Virus record (IMG/VR): IMGVR_UViG_2778261458_000002
Source of the DNA: a virus
Lineage: Duplodnaviria; Heunggongvirae; Uroviricota; Caudoviricetes
Length of the DNA stretch: 47,331 nt
Direction: 5' to 3' (one strand)
The position numbers and the translations under genes were made by a program. The notes under the pieces were generated by a model. That model was given only the letters and a program-made list of their open reading frames with translations, searched no databases and had not been told where the DNA came from. This document shows positions 1 through 8,681 of this stretch, piece by piece. Positions within the stretch are counted from its first letter, which is position 1; each line of letters opens with the position of its first letter.

Positions 1-81
1 CCATTTGATCATATGACAAGATGTGTATCCACCTTAACTTAATGATTTTTACCAAAATCATTAGGGGATTCATCAGTACTG

Positions 82-106
82 AGCACCGCTTTACGGTGCT
101 TTTTTC
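82..106 (+). terminator. intrinsic terminator-like hairpin
   Basis: Inverted repeat AGCACCG/CGGTGCT with 5-nt loop followed by TTTTT, just upstream of the first tail gene. Confidence 0.45.
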
Positions 107-186
107 TGCGGGAATTATTCTTAAAGTTCCTGATGCTCCGGTTATGCCAATATCAGTAAACAATTTGCCTCCGTGGAGACGCAACA

Positions 187-1188
187 GTGTTACGTAAAAC
201 GCTTTTTGATGTTATATATCAGAATGTAAATATTACCGCTCATATGTCACCTGATGTTTTGTCAATGTCTTATACAGATAATGAAGATGGTCAGGTCGAT
301 GATATTTCTATTATATTAAAAAATGATGATGGGAAATGGTCTGGAGACTGGACACCTAAAAAGGGTGATTTTATTGATTTGAGCTTTAAGCCTATAAATC
401 AAATCGTCCTTGAGTGCGGGAAATTCCAGGTAGATGGCATAACTTGCTCTGGACCACCTTCTGTTGTTGAGGTAACTGCTGTTTCTGTTCCTGTTTCATC
501 AGGCATTAGACGTGATTTAAAAAGTAATGCATGGGAAAAAACAACTCTTAAAGATATAGCAACTTCTATAGCTAAATTAGCTAACCTTGAACTGTTGTTT
601 CTTATTGATGGTGATAGTAATCCATATTATGCGCGTGAAGATCAAATGGAGGAAAGCGATTTAAAATTTCTCCATCGACTTTGCCAGGATGAAGGGTTGT
701 CGTTAAAGGTCACTGATAGCCAATTAATAATATTTGCTCAAGAGATGTTTGAGCAAAAAGATCCTATCGCTACGCTTACGTTAGGTATTGATGAGATAAT
801 CAGATATAGCTTTAGCACACAATCTACAGATTTGTATAAAAGTTGCACGTGCAAATATCGCGTACCTAAAAAAAGAAAGTCGCTTTCGTATACTTGGGTA
901 GATCCATCCGTAGAAGAAGGGTCGAATCTTAAGATAAGAAAACTGGTAGCTAATTTAGATGAAGCAAAACGTAAGGCAAAGGCTGCTTTGCGGCTTAAAA
1001 ATAGATATCAAAATACAGGGGCTTTAGTATTGGTTGGAGACACCAGATTGGTAGCTGGTGTAACTATAAATCTGGACGGATTCGGTTCATTTTCTGGAAA
1101 ATATCTTATATCGAAAGCTGTGCATTCAATTGGGGCTAGTGGTTATACCACCTCGATTGATGTCCGAAGAGTAATTAATGGGTATTAA
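187..1188 (+). CDS. tail/baseplate hub protein, late control gene D family (P2 gpD / Mu gp44-like)
   Basis: 333-aa ORF, GTG start 8 nt after GGAG; first gene of a D-V-W-J-I-fibre cluster; family assigned from recalled sequence character and gene order. Confidence 0.65.
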   Translation: MLRKTLFDVIYQNVNITAHMSPDVLSMSYTDNEDGQVDDISIILKNDDGKWSGDWTPKKGDFIDLSFKPINQIVLECGKFQVDGITCSGPPSVVEVTAVSVPVSSGIRRDLKSNAWEKTTLKDIATSIAKLANLELLFLIDGDSNPYYAREDQMEESDLKFLHRLCQDEGLSLKVTDSQLIIFAQEMFEQKDPIATLTLGIDEIIRYSFSTQSTDLYKSCTCKYRVPKKRKSLSYTWVDPSVEEGSNLKIRKLVANLDEAKRKAKAALRLKNRYQNTGALVLVGDTRLVAGVTINLDGFGSFSGKYLISKAVHSIGASGYTTSIDVRRVINGY

Positions 1189-1190
1189 TT

Positions 1191-1811
1191 ATGAATGATT
1201 TAGAAACATTATTACGTCAGACTATAAGAGTTGGCGTTGTTTCTGATATTGATGATGGTGATGTTACAGCAAGAGTTACTTTCGATGATCAGGATAACGT
1301 CACTTCGGCAAAGTTATCAGTTATTGTGAAAAATACGGATAAGAATGCTGATTACTGGATGCCAGATATTGGTGAGCAAGTTTTGTGTATCTTTCATCCC
1401 GCAGGGCCGCAACAAGGTTTTATTCTTGGTAGTTTTTATGATGAAACACAGAAGCCGCCATCTAATACGGTTAATAAACGCGTCATTAGATTTAATAACG
1501 GAACTCGTATTGAGGTAGACAGAGAATCTAATTTACTCCTTGTTGATGCTGTCGGAGATGTAACCGTTAAGGCTACAGGAACCGTAACTATTGATGCTCC
1601 AGAAACCATCATTACCGGAAATGCTACAGTTGAAGGATTACTAACCTTCAAAGGTGGAATGAAAGGATCTTCTGCTGGAGGTGTTGCAGCTACAATTTCT
1701 GGGGATGTTAAGGTTGTTGGTGGTGATATAGATGTTGATGGGATTAAATCTAAAGGCCACCATCACACAGCTCAGGGGGAATACGCTCCGACAACGGAGG
1801 CTCAGGCATGA
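1191..1811 (+). CDS. baseplate assembly protein V-like (central spike)
   Basis: 206-aa ORF starting 2 nt after the gpD-like stop; Gly/Val-rich C-terminal half typical of gpV spikes; position between D-like and W-like genes. Confidence 0.65.
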   Translation: MNDLETLLRQTIRVGVVSDIDDGDVTARVTFDDQDNVTSAKLSVIVKNTDKNADYWMPDIGEQVLCIFHPAGPQQGFILGSFYDETQKPPSNTVNKRVIRFNNGTRIEVDRESNLLLVDAVGDVTVKATGTVTIDAPETIITGNATVEGLLTFKGGMKGSSAGGVAATISGDVKVVGGDIDVDGIKSKGHHHTAQGEYAPTTEAQA

Positions 1812-2275
1812 TTGTGGGTATGCTTGGTACAATGCCTTTTGTTGCCTCATCAATAGTGGTGAATACGTTCAACAATTTTAAAAGGACGTCAAAGCGTCGT
1901 GTAGCGCGCCATGATGTTATTGGGCTTAAACCTGTTCTGGAGGATATAGGTCCAGATCTGGATGAAGTTAGTTTTAATATGCGGTTGGATACAACACTTG
2001 GCATTGTTCCATTGGCTGCGCTTTCATTACTTAGGACAATGCAATCAATTCAGGAAGTAAATCCTGTTGTAATTGGTATTCAGTATTTTGGTAATTTTAT
2101 AATTACAGATATAGAGGAGTCATGGACTTATTTCGGTCCAACTGGAAATCCACGAGTGATTATCGTCGGCATTAAATTACAGGAAGTCGGACAGACCTCT
2201 CTGAAAGAAGCATTAGTTGATATTGCTGGCAATATAGAGTCAAAAACTAGAAGTGCGTTAGGTAAATTATTATGA
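1808..2275 (+). CDS. phage tail protein of uncertain family (possibly P2 gpU-like)
   Basis: 155-aa ORF overlapping neighbours by 4 nt (translational coupling); N-terminal M-x-x-G-M-L-G and RVxRHDVIGxKP resemble gpU-type tail proteins as I recall them; extra gene relative to the V-W-J-I order. Confidence 0.35.
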   Translation: MIVGMLGTMPFVASSIVVNTFNNFKRTSKRRVARHDVIGLKPVLEDIGPDLDEVSFNMRLDTTLGIVPLAALSLLRTMQSIQEVNPVVIGIQYFGNFIITDIEESWTYFGPTGNPRVIIVGIKLQEVGQTSLKEALVDIAGNIESKTRSALGKLL

Positions 2276-2592
2276 ATAATACGTTTACCATATCATCACC
2301 TTCTTACTCGATTGATTGGTCGCCCAAAACAGTTGTAGAAGAAGTTTTGCAAAATGTCTCTACTATTATTAATACTCAGATTGGCACTGTACCATATGCC
2401 AGAAAATTAGGAGTTAATTCAAGTCTTGTTGATAGCCCCAGCCCAATTTTTATTGCTACAGCAACACGAGAAATAATTCAAAAAATTAGTGAGTTTGAGC
2501 CTAGAGCGATTATCCATTCTGTTACTTTTGAAAGAACGGACGTTTCTGATGGTTTTATTAGGCCAAAACTTGTGATAGGAGTTAGAGAATGA
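2272..2592 (+). CDS. baseplate wedge protein gpW / gp25-like
   Basis: 106-aa ORF, size and pattern (conserved EPR, small lysozyme-like fold protein) match gpW/gp25 family; sits directly before J-like gene. Confidence 0.6.
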   Translation: MNNTFTISSPSYSIDWSPKTVVEEVLQNVSTIINTQIGTVPYARKLGVNSSLVDSPSPIFIATATREIIQKISEFEPRAIIHSVTFERTDVSDGFIRPKLVIGVRE

Positions 2593-3713
2593 CGTTGCCG
2601 CGCGGTGGTTTGCCAGATATTACTTTCGCAGATTCTAACCCGACTGATATAACAACTCGTTCAATCAGGGCTTTTGAGAGTATAACAGGTGAAACATTAG
2701 CACCTGCTGATCCACGTAGATTATTCATCTTGTCATTGTGTGAGATTATTATACAGCAAAGAAAAGCTATCGATTTTTCTGCAAAACAAAACCTTCTTAC
2801 ATATGGTGGGGGTGAATATCTCGACCATATAGGCTATCTGACGGATACGCCTAGGCTGGAAGCTCAATCTGCCTTGACTACATTTGAGTTTAAGCTGTCA
2901 ACAAAATTATCGGGGATATATACAATACCTGCTGGCACTCAAATTTCAACTGGAAATAGTGTTATTTTCCAAACAGATGTTTTGTTGGAAATACCAGCTG
3001 GGAAAACAGTTGGTACAGTCTCAGGATATGCTGTTATACCTGGCTTATCGGGGAATGGCTTTTTACCTGGGCAAATAAACGAGTTGGTGACTCCGTTGCC
3101 GTATGTTTCCAGCGTAAGGAATCTAACAACATCTAATTCTGGTGCTGATACAGAGTCAGATGATAATTATGCTGAAAGAATAAAACTGTCGCCGGAAAAA
3201 CTGTCTACAGCAGGGCCGGAGGATTCTTATAAATATTGGACAAGAACAGCCAATCAGAATATAAAAGATGTGAATGTATATACACCATCGCCCGGAACTG
3301 TAGAAATCCGTTCTTTGTTAGAGAACGGAGATATACCTTCTGATGAACTATTAGAGCAGATAAATAGCGTTCTCTCTGCAACTAATATTCGACCATTCAC
3401 AGATAAAGTTCTTGTTAAGAAACCAGAGAGCATTGAATACGATATAATAATTAAATACTGGATTAACTCATCGGACAAAAACAGAACAACTTTAATTCAA
3501 AGTGAGGTTGAGAAAGCTATTGATGAGTATAAACAATGGCAACGTTCGGTTATGGGAAGAGATATAAATCCAGATGAAATTATTCAACGTTTAAAAAATG
3601 CTGGGGCTAAAAGATTAGAAATATCAAGTCCTGTATTTACTGTGGTTGGAGAGACGCAGGTCGCCAGAGAGAGAAATATAAATTGCCAGTATGCGGGGTT
3701 AGAGGATGGCTGA
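2589..3713 (+). CDS. baseplate protein J-like
   Basis: 374-aa ORF coupled (ATGA overlap) to W-like gene and followed by I-like gene; size and position of baseplate J. Confidence 0.65.
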   Translation: MTLPRGGLPDITFADSNPTDITTRSIRAFESITGETLAPADPRRLFILSLCEIIIQQRKAIDFSAKQNLLTYGGGEYLDHIGYLTDTPRLEAQSALTTFEFKLSTKLSGIYTIPAGTQISTGNSVIFQTDVLLEIPAGKTVGTVSGYAVIPGLSGNGFLPGQINELVTPLPYVSSVRNLTTSNSGADTESDDNYAERIKLSPEKLSTAGPEDSYKYWTRTANQNIKDVNVYTPSPGTVEIRSLLENGDIPSDELLEQINSVLSATNIRPFTDKVLVKKPESIEYDIIIKYWINSSDKNRTTLIQSEVEKAIDEYKQWQRSVMGRDINPDEIIQRLKNAGAKRLEISSPVFTVVGETQVARERNINCQYAGLEDG

Positions 3714-4287
3714 TATCTTTAATGTTAGCTTGTTGGATGTTTTACCTCCTAACTTAGCTAGAGATCCCAACGTGATAGCTATGTCGAAAGCTATCGATGA
3801 TGAACTACAAGCAATTAACAATTTAATATATAAGACAGAAATATATAGTGTTGTTGATAACCTGGACTCAGTTGTTCTCGATCATTTAGCTTGGCAATGG
3901 AATGCTGATACATGGAGGGATAGTTGGCCTGTATCGTTAAAGCGTTCTGTTTTTAAATCAATAATACGAACAAAGCGAATAAAGGGTACAAGGGCAGCGG
4001 TTGAAGATGTAGTAAATAGCTTGGGTGGAGAGGTAAATATAACAGAATGGTTTGAAACATCACCACCTGGCGAACCATATACAGCCTCAATTGTTGCTTC
4101 GATTAACTCTTTTGATGGTGGCGTTCCTTCGAAAGAGATGTTGGAAGATACGTTAAGAAGTATCAAGAGCGCAAAGTCGGCAAGAACATTATTTACATTT
4201 TCGCAAGCTGCCAATGTTTCTGGTGGTGTTGGTATTGTTGGTGCTTGTCAGCCTGTGTCCTATGTACGATTAATTGGCGAGTGCTAA
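3706..4287 (+). CDS. tail protein I-like (P2 gpI / Mu gp48 family)
   Basis: 193-aa ORF containing KRIKGTRAAVE and EWFETSPPGEPYT, motifs I recall from gpI-family proteins; immediately upstream of tail fibre. Confidence 0.65.
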   Translation: MADIFNVSLLDVLPPNLARDPNVIAMSKAIDDELQAINNLIYKTEIYSVVDNLDSVVLDHLAWQWNADTWRDSWPVSLKRSVFKSIIRTKRIKGTRAAVEDVVNSLGGEVNITEWFETSPPGEPYTASIVASINSFDGGVPSKEMLEDTLRSIKSAKSARTLFTFSQAANVSGGVGIVGACQPVSYVRLIGEC

Positions 4288-4317
4288 TTCGCAATTTGTT
4301 AATTCAAGGAATTAAGC

Positions 4318-6339
4318 GTGAGTAAATTATTATTTACGATGACTGACGCCGGGCGTCAGGAGTTGGTTAATGCCAACAAAACAGGAACAAATAAAGTTGA
4401 GATTGTTTCTGTTGGTTTAGGTAGTAGATATTATGTCACGTCAACCTCACAAACAAATATAACAGACGAAATAAAACGACTTACCACAATAGGTGGCAAA
4501 GTTGTTTCCCCTGATACAATTCATGTAACGGCGAAGGATGATAGTAAAGATGAGTATGTTGTCCATACAATAGGATTGTATACAAATAAGGGAACGTTGT
4601 TTGCTGTATACTCGCAAGAACAAGCAATAATAAATAAAGCATCATCTACTATTGCTTTAATATCAAGTGACATAGCAATCAAGACTCTTGATACTAAAAA
4701 TATTACATTTGGTGATATTGAGTTTATTAATCCTCCCGCAACCGAAACTGTTGTTGGGGTAGCAAGATTTGCCAATGAACAAGAAATTGATGCAGGTACA
4801 GATGATTCCCTTGCTGTTTCAGCAAAGCGGCTTAAGCAAGCCATTGTGAAACATGAGCAATCACGTAATCATCCCGATGCAACTTTAACCTCAAAAGGCT
4901 TTGTTCAACTTAGCAGCGCCACCAATAGAACGTCTGAAACGCTTGCTGCGACGCCTAAGGCTGTTAAGGCAGCATATGACCTGGCTAATGGCAAATACAC
5001 CGCACAGGACGCTACTACAGCGCGAAAAGGGATTGTTCAGCTCAGTAGTGCCACTAACAGCACGTCTGAAGTGCTGGCCGCCACACCGAAAGCTGTCAAG
5101 GCTGCATATGACCTGGCTAACGGGAAGTATACAGCCCAGGATGCAACCACGGCTCAAAAAGGGATAGTTCAGCTCAGTAGCGACACCAACAGCACTTCTG
5201 AAACATTAGCTGCAACACCAAAAGCGGTTAAAGCTGCATACGATCTAGCAGCCGGAAAGGCACCATCCAGTCATACACATCCCTGGAATCAGATCACTGG
5301 TGTACCAACAGCTTCATTGACAGCGAAAGGCATCACTCAGCTCAGTAGTGCCACTAACAGCACGTCTGAAGTGCTGGCCGCCACACCGAAAGCTGTCAAG
5401 GCTGCATATGACCTGGCTAACGGGAAGTATACAGCCCAGGATGCAACCACGGCTCAAAAAGGGATAGTTCAGCTCAGTAGCGACACCAACAGCACTTCTG
5501 AAACATTAGCTGCAACACCAAAAGCGGTTAAAGCTGCATACGATCTAGCAGCCGGAAAGGCACCATCCAGTCATACACATCCCTGGAATCAGATCACTGG
5601 TGTACCAACAGCTTCATTGACAGCGAAAGGCATCACTCAGCTCAGTAGTGCCACTAACAGCACGTCTGAAGTGCTGGCCGCCACACCGAAAGCTGTCAAG
5701 GCTGCATATGATTTGGCTAATGGAAAGCAAGCGGCAGACGCTACGCTCACTGCTCTAGCGGCACTAGCTACAGCAGCAGATAAACTCCCTTATTTCACAG
5801 GTGTTGATCGTGCCGCGTTAACTGCATTGACAAGTGTTGGACGCGCCATTCTTGGTAAGACCAGTATTCAGAGCGTTCTTGATTACCTTGGTTTGGGAGA
5901 AGGCTCTGCATTACCTGTTGGTGTCCCTGTTCCGTGGCCTTCAGCTACGCCGCCAACAGGCTGGCTGAAATGCAATGGCGCTGCCTTTGATAAGGTTAAA
6001 TATCCCCGTCTTGCTACAGCATATCCATCAGGGAAACTACCTGATCTCCGCGGTGAGTTTATTCGTGGCTGGGATGATGGGCGCGGCATTGATACAGGGC
6101 GTGCTTTATTGAGTATTCAGAGTGATGAAGTCAGAAAGCTCGCATTAAAATACTGGGGGCCAGCTTCAAACAGTTCACCATCAAAAACATTTGCACTCAG
6201 CGACAGTGCCGGTGGCGGGTTGTACACGGATGGAATAAGTCAGGCAAGCGGTGGGATTATCAACGCTTTTCAGCTCCCTGGCGGTAACGAAACCCGCCCA
6301 CGAAATGTTGCATTTAACTATATCGTGAGGGCTGCATAA
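4318..6339 (+). CDS. tail fibre protein with tandem fibre repeats; constant part plus currently expressed variable C-terminal segment (Sv)
   Basis: 673-aa ORF; repeated 40-aa units (GIVQLSSATNSTSEVLAATPKAVKAAYDLA...); C-terminal collar-like receptor-binding domain; the inversion crossover site lies inside the gene at about 5877-5902. Confidence 0.85.
   Translation: MSKLLFTMTDAGRQELVNANKTGTNKVEIVSVGLGSRYYVTSTSQTNITDEIKRLTTIGGKVVSPDTIHVTAKDDSKDEYVVHTIGLYTNKGTLFAVYSQEQAIINKASSTIALISSDIAIKTLDTKNITFGDIEFINPPATETVVGVARFANEQEIDAGTDDSLAVSAKRLKQAIVKHEQSRNHPDATLTSKGFVQLSSATNRTSETLAATPKAVKAAYDLANGKYTAQDATTARKGIVQLSSATNSTSEVLAATPKAVKAAYDLANGKYTAQDATTAQKGIVQLSSDTNSTSETLAATPKAVKAAYDLAAGKAPSSHTHPWNQITGVPTASLTAKGITQLSSATNSTSEVLAATPKAVKAAYDLANGKYTAQDATTAQKGIVQLSSDTNSTSETLAATPKAVKAAYDLAAGKAPSSHTHPWNQITGVPTASLTAKGITQLSSATNSTSEVLAATPKAVKAAYDLANGKQAADATLTALAALATAADKLPYFTGVDRAALTALTSVGRAILGKTSIQSVLDYLGLGEGSALPVGVPVPWPSATPPTGWLKCNGAAFDKVKYPRLATAYPSGKLPDLRGEFIRGWDDGRGIDTGRALLSIQSDEVRKLALKYWGPASNSSPSKTFALSDSAGGGLYTDGISQASGGIINAFQLPGGNETRPRNVAFNYIVRAA
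5041..5711 (+). repeat. perfect 300-bp tandem duplication (2 full copies 5041-5340 and 5341-5640 plus 71-bp third partial copy) inside tail-fibre gene
   Basis: Lines 5041-5340 and 5341-5640 are base-for-base identical; 5641-5711 repeats the first 71 bp; in-frame (100 codons per unit). Confidence 0.9.
5877..5902 (-). other. inversion crossover site (left), Gin/Hin/Cin-type 26-bp site
   Basis: Reverse complement reads TTCTCCCAAACC-AA-GGTAATCAAGAA, resembling hix/gix-type sites; 15-nt core TTGGTTTGGGAGAAG is inverted-repeated at 7736-7750. Confidence 0.55.
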
Positions 6340-6941
6340 TGGATAATGCTGTATTAAATAGCGAGTTTATTGCCACGAAGGCGGGGAATATTACCGTCTA
6401 TAACTATGATAGTGAAACACGGGAATATATTTCCACATCAACTGAATATCTTGCTGTGGGGGTCGGTATTCCAGCATGTTCCTGTCTTGATGCACCTGGC
6501 ATACATAAGGTTGGTTATGCAATCTGTCGTTCTGTGAATTTAAATTCATGGAAATATGTGCCAGACCATCGCGGTGAAATCGTCTATAGCACAGAAACAG
6601 GAGAATCAAAAGAAATCACAGCTCCGGGTGATTACCCTGAAAATACAACCACTATCGCCCCTTTATCTCCATACGATAAATGGGATGGTGAGAAATGGGT
6701 GACCGATACTGAGGCACAGCATAGCGCCGCAGTCGAAGCGGCAGAAGCACAGCGCCAGTCACTGATTGATGCTGCTATGGCTTCCATCAGTCTGATTCAG
6801 CTGAAATTGCAGGCCGGACGTAAACTGACGCAGGCAGAAACAACCCGCCTTAACGCTGTGCTGGATTACATTGACGCGGTGACGGCAACAGATACCAGCA
6901 CCGCGCCGGATGTCATCTGGCCTGAACTGCCGGAGGCGTAG
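6339..6941 (+). CDS. tail fibre assembly protein (Tfa)
   Basis: 200-aa ORF with C-terminal LDYIDAVTATDTSTAPDVIWPELP motif characteristic of Tfa chaperones; start overlaps fibre stop. Confidence 0.75.
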   Translation: MDNAVLNSEFIATKAGNITVYNYDSETREYISTSTEYLAVGVGIPACSCLDAPGIHKVGYAICRSVNLNSWKYVPDHRGEIVYSTETGESKEITAPGDYPENTTTIAPLSPYDKWDGEKWVTDTEAQHSAAVEAAEAQRQSLIDAAMASISLIQLKLQAGRKLTQAETTRLNAVLDYIDAVTATDTSTAPDVIWPELPEA

Positions 6942-7365
6942 GCCATTCAATATCTGGCGCACCGGAAGTATCGACCAGTTCCAGTGCGTCCAGATAATCC
7001 AGCCACAGATTATATTGCGCCAGTTCCTCGCCTTTCAGACGACCAATAGCCGCTTTACCAGGCCATTGTTTACTGTTCATATAATCGTTGGCCTGATTAA
7101 TTAGTAGCTGTCTTTCTGATTCAGTAATTTCAATAAGTTCTTCATGCGTGGGTGGAGGAATATCTGCCCACGCAGGCAGCCCATCACCTCCGGCAATACG
7201 GATTTTTCCTTGTGGCGGTTCAGCCATAAATTCACTGATAATATTTTGATTCACCTCTTTAGCATCTGATAAATCCCATCCCTCTGATTTATATTTATCA
7301 ATCATATCCACAGGGAAAAAAGCATTATGCCTTGCGCTATAAACATATTCGTTCATATAAATCAC
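6913..7365 (-). CDS. alternative tail fibre assembly protein (Tfa')
   Basis: 150-aa minus-strand ORF with the same C-terminal Tfa motif (WLDYLDALELVDTSGAPDIEWPTPP); convergent and 3'-overlapping with tfa. Confidence 0.7.
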   Translation of the reverse strand: MIYMNEYVYSARHNAFFPVDMIDKYKSEGWDLSDAKEVNQNIISEFMAEPPQGKIRIAGGDGLPAWADIPPPTHEELIEITESERQLLINQANDYMNSKQWPGKAAIGRLKGEELAQYNLWLDYLDALELVDTSGAPDIEWPTPPAVQAR

Positions 7366-7376
7366 CCTTAATAAAA

Positions 7377-7745
7377 TTACTCACCAACAGCCCACCAACT
7401 GTAATTCATCGATACTGTGGAACTGGTTGATGCAGTTCTGTAAGCGGAATTAAAACCGGTTAATGTTGGACCTTCTGCGGACATAACGAATCCACGCCCT
7501 GCACCAAAAGGCGCACCGCCATCGCCAGAATGGGTAAGAATGGCGATATCCGCTTTTTTAGGGAAAGGGATAGGAAATGTAATCCTCATTGTTTGCGTCG
7601 ATAATTTCGGCATAGCCTCACCTCGACCATATTGCAGGATTTTCCCGTTGGGTAATTTCATCCATCCATCACCACTGGCAAAAGAGGCCATGTCCGGTAT
7701 CTGATTTTCCCCTGTCCCCACATTCCGTTTTGCCGCTTCTCCCAA
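7377..7745 (-). CDS. alternative tail-fibre C-terminal segment (Sv'), promoterless and start-less in this orientation
   Basis: Minus-strand reading frame runs from the right crossover site to a stop just before tfa'; after inversion it would fuse in frame to the fibre constant part (…DYLGLGE | AAKRNVGTG…). Confidence 0.55.
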   Translation of the reverse strand: MGEAAKRNVGTGENQIPDMASFASGDGWMKLPNGKILQYGRGEAMPKLSTQTMRITFPIPFPKKADIAILTHSGDGGAPFGAGRGFVMSAEGPTLTGFNSAYRTASTSSTVSMNYSWWAVGE

Positions 7746-7762
7746 ACCAACGTTTTAGTCTT
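7737..7762 (+). other. inversion crossover site (right)
   Basis: TTCTCCCAAACC-AA-CGTTTTAGTCTT, inverted copy of the site at 5877-5902, 55 bp upstream of the invertase start. Confidence 0.55.
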
Positions 7763-7816
7763 AATCCCTACCTATACCAACGATGTATTTTTAACTAAAC
7801 AAAGAGGTTGTTTTTC

Positions 7817-8371
7817 ATGCAAATTGGCTACATTCGTGTGTCAACAAATGACCAAAACACAGATTTACAAAGAAATGCACTGAACTGCGCAGGATGTGAA
7901 CTGATTTTTGAAGATAAAATATCCGGTGCTAAATCAAAACGACCAGGACTTGATAAGCTACTGAAGGTGTTACGACCGGGCGATACGGTTATTGTCTGGA
8001 AGCTGGACCGAATGGGGCGTTCTCTGATTCATCTTGTTGATTTACTTAACCATTTTTTATCAAACGACATTGAGTTTATTTCAATTACGGAAGGGATAAA
8101 AATCAGCACTTCAATTGGCCGCTTTGCCTACACGATGCTGAGTGCAGTCGCAGAGATGGAGCGGGAAAATATGATTGAAAGAACGCGTGCAGGATTGGCG
8201 GTGGCAAGGGCTAACGGCAGGATAGGAGGACGTCGCTCAAAACTGGCACCAGAGCAATGGGAACAGATCGGAAGGCTTATTGCGAATGGTGTTTCACGTA
8301 AGCGGATAGCGATTATCTTCGATGTTACCTTATCCACGCTTTACCGCAGGTTTCCGGCTGGGAATCATTGA
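7817..8371 (+). CDS. DNA invertase, small serine recombinase (Gin/Cin/Pin/Hin family)
   Basis: 184 aa from ATG 7817 (AAAGAGG RBS 9 nt upstream); MQIGYIRVSTNDQNTDLQRNAL with catalytic-Ser motif and C-terminal HTH (GVSRKRIAIIFDVTLSTLYRRF). Confidence 0.9.
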   Translation: MQIGYIRVSTNDQNTDLQRNALNCAGCELIFEDKISGAKSKRPGLDKLLKVLRPGDTVIVWKLDRMGRSLIHLVDLLNHFLSNDIEFISITEGIKISTSIGRFAYTMLSAVAEMERENMIERTRAGLAVARANGRIGGRRSKLAPEQWEQIGRLIANGVSRKRIAIIFDVTLSTLYRRFPAGNH

Positions 8372-8502
8372 CTGGAGTTAGGCCAGTAGTATGATGCTCG
8401 CAAAACGAGATCCAATTTAGATCCTTTTACTGGTGGATTATCGTTCGATCAGTGAGAGACTTCGTGCATGACCGAAAGTGTTGTGGTAGAGTTCTCTTAA
8501 AA

Positions 8503-8515
8503 CCACGTAACGTGG
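8503..8515. promoter_or_regulatory. operator-like palindrome CCACGTAACGTGG upstream of repA leader
   Basis: 11/13 match to the CCACATATCGTGG boxes found three times between the CI-like repressor gene and its divergent neighbour. Confidence 0.35.
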
Positions 8516-8559
8516 TTATGATTGTGGGTGTCTGGTTGGAAAGTGACCAGATATGGAAA

Positions 8560-8670
8560 CAAAAAGCCCGCAGATAAATCTGCGGGCTTCTTGCGACATC
8601 CACGGAAAACCAACAACTAACCATGGGCGCCTCGACAACTCCCATTATACGTTGGTTTTCCGTGGACGCA
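8560..8670 (-). ncRNA. candidate countertranscript (CopA/Inc-RNA-like) of the repA leader
   Basis: Minus-strand intrinsic terminator (AGCCCGCAGA-loop-TCTGCGGGCT then TTTTTGTTT, at 8561-8588) and a 16-bp stem (8599-8614 / 8651-8666) just upstream of the repA start; promoter not identified. Confidence 0.3.
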
Positions 8671-8681
8671 AGAGCGAACAT

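Larger units (their letters stand above)
5877..7762. other. invertible tail-fibre host-range segment (G/C-segment-like)
   Basis: Flanked by inverted crossover sites; contains Sv+tfa on plus strand and tfa'+Sv' on minus strand; invertase gene immediately adjacent. Confidence 0.6.

Noticed and set aside
4521-5167. ORFs 4521-4844(-), 4891-5157(-) and 4901-5167(+) inside the tail-fibre gene
   Set aside because: Embedded in or opposite the repeat region of a strongly supported gene; repetitive sequence produces spurious open frames.
4900-5710. Possible CRISPR-like array because of regularly spaced repeats
   Set aside because: Repeats are in-frame coding units of the tail-fibre protein (40-aa fibre repeats and a 300-bp duplication), with no spacer-repeat alternation and no cas genes.
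7808-7816. TTG start for invertase at 7808
   Set aside because: ATG 7817 with AAAGAGG 9 nt upstream gives the canonical MQIGYIRVST N-terminus of serine invertases.
8553-8681. Upstream in-frame extension of repA (track start 8553)
   Set aside because: Extension runs through the terminator hairpin and long stem of the control region and adds residues with no RepA counterpart; ATG 8682 gives the expected ~282-aa RepA.
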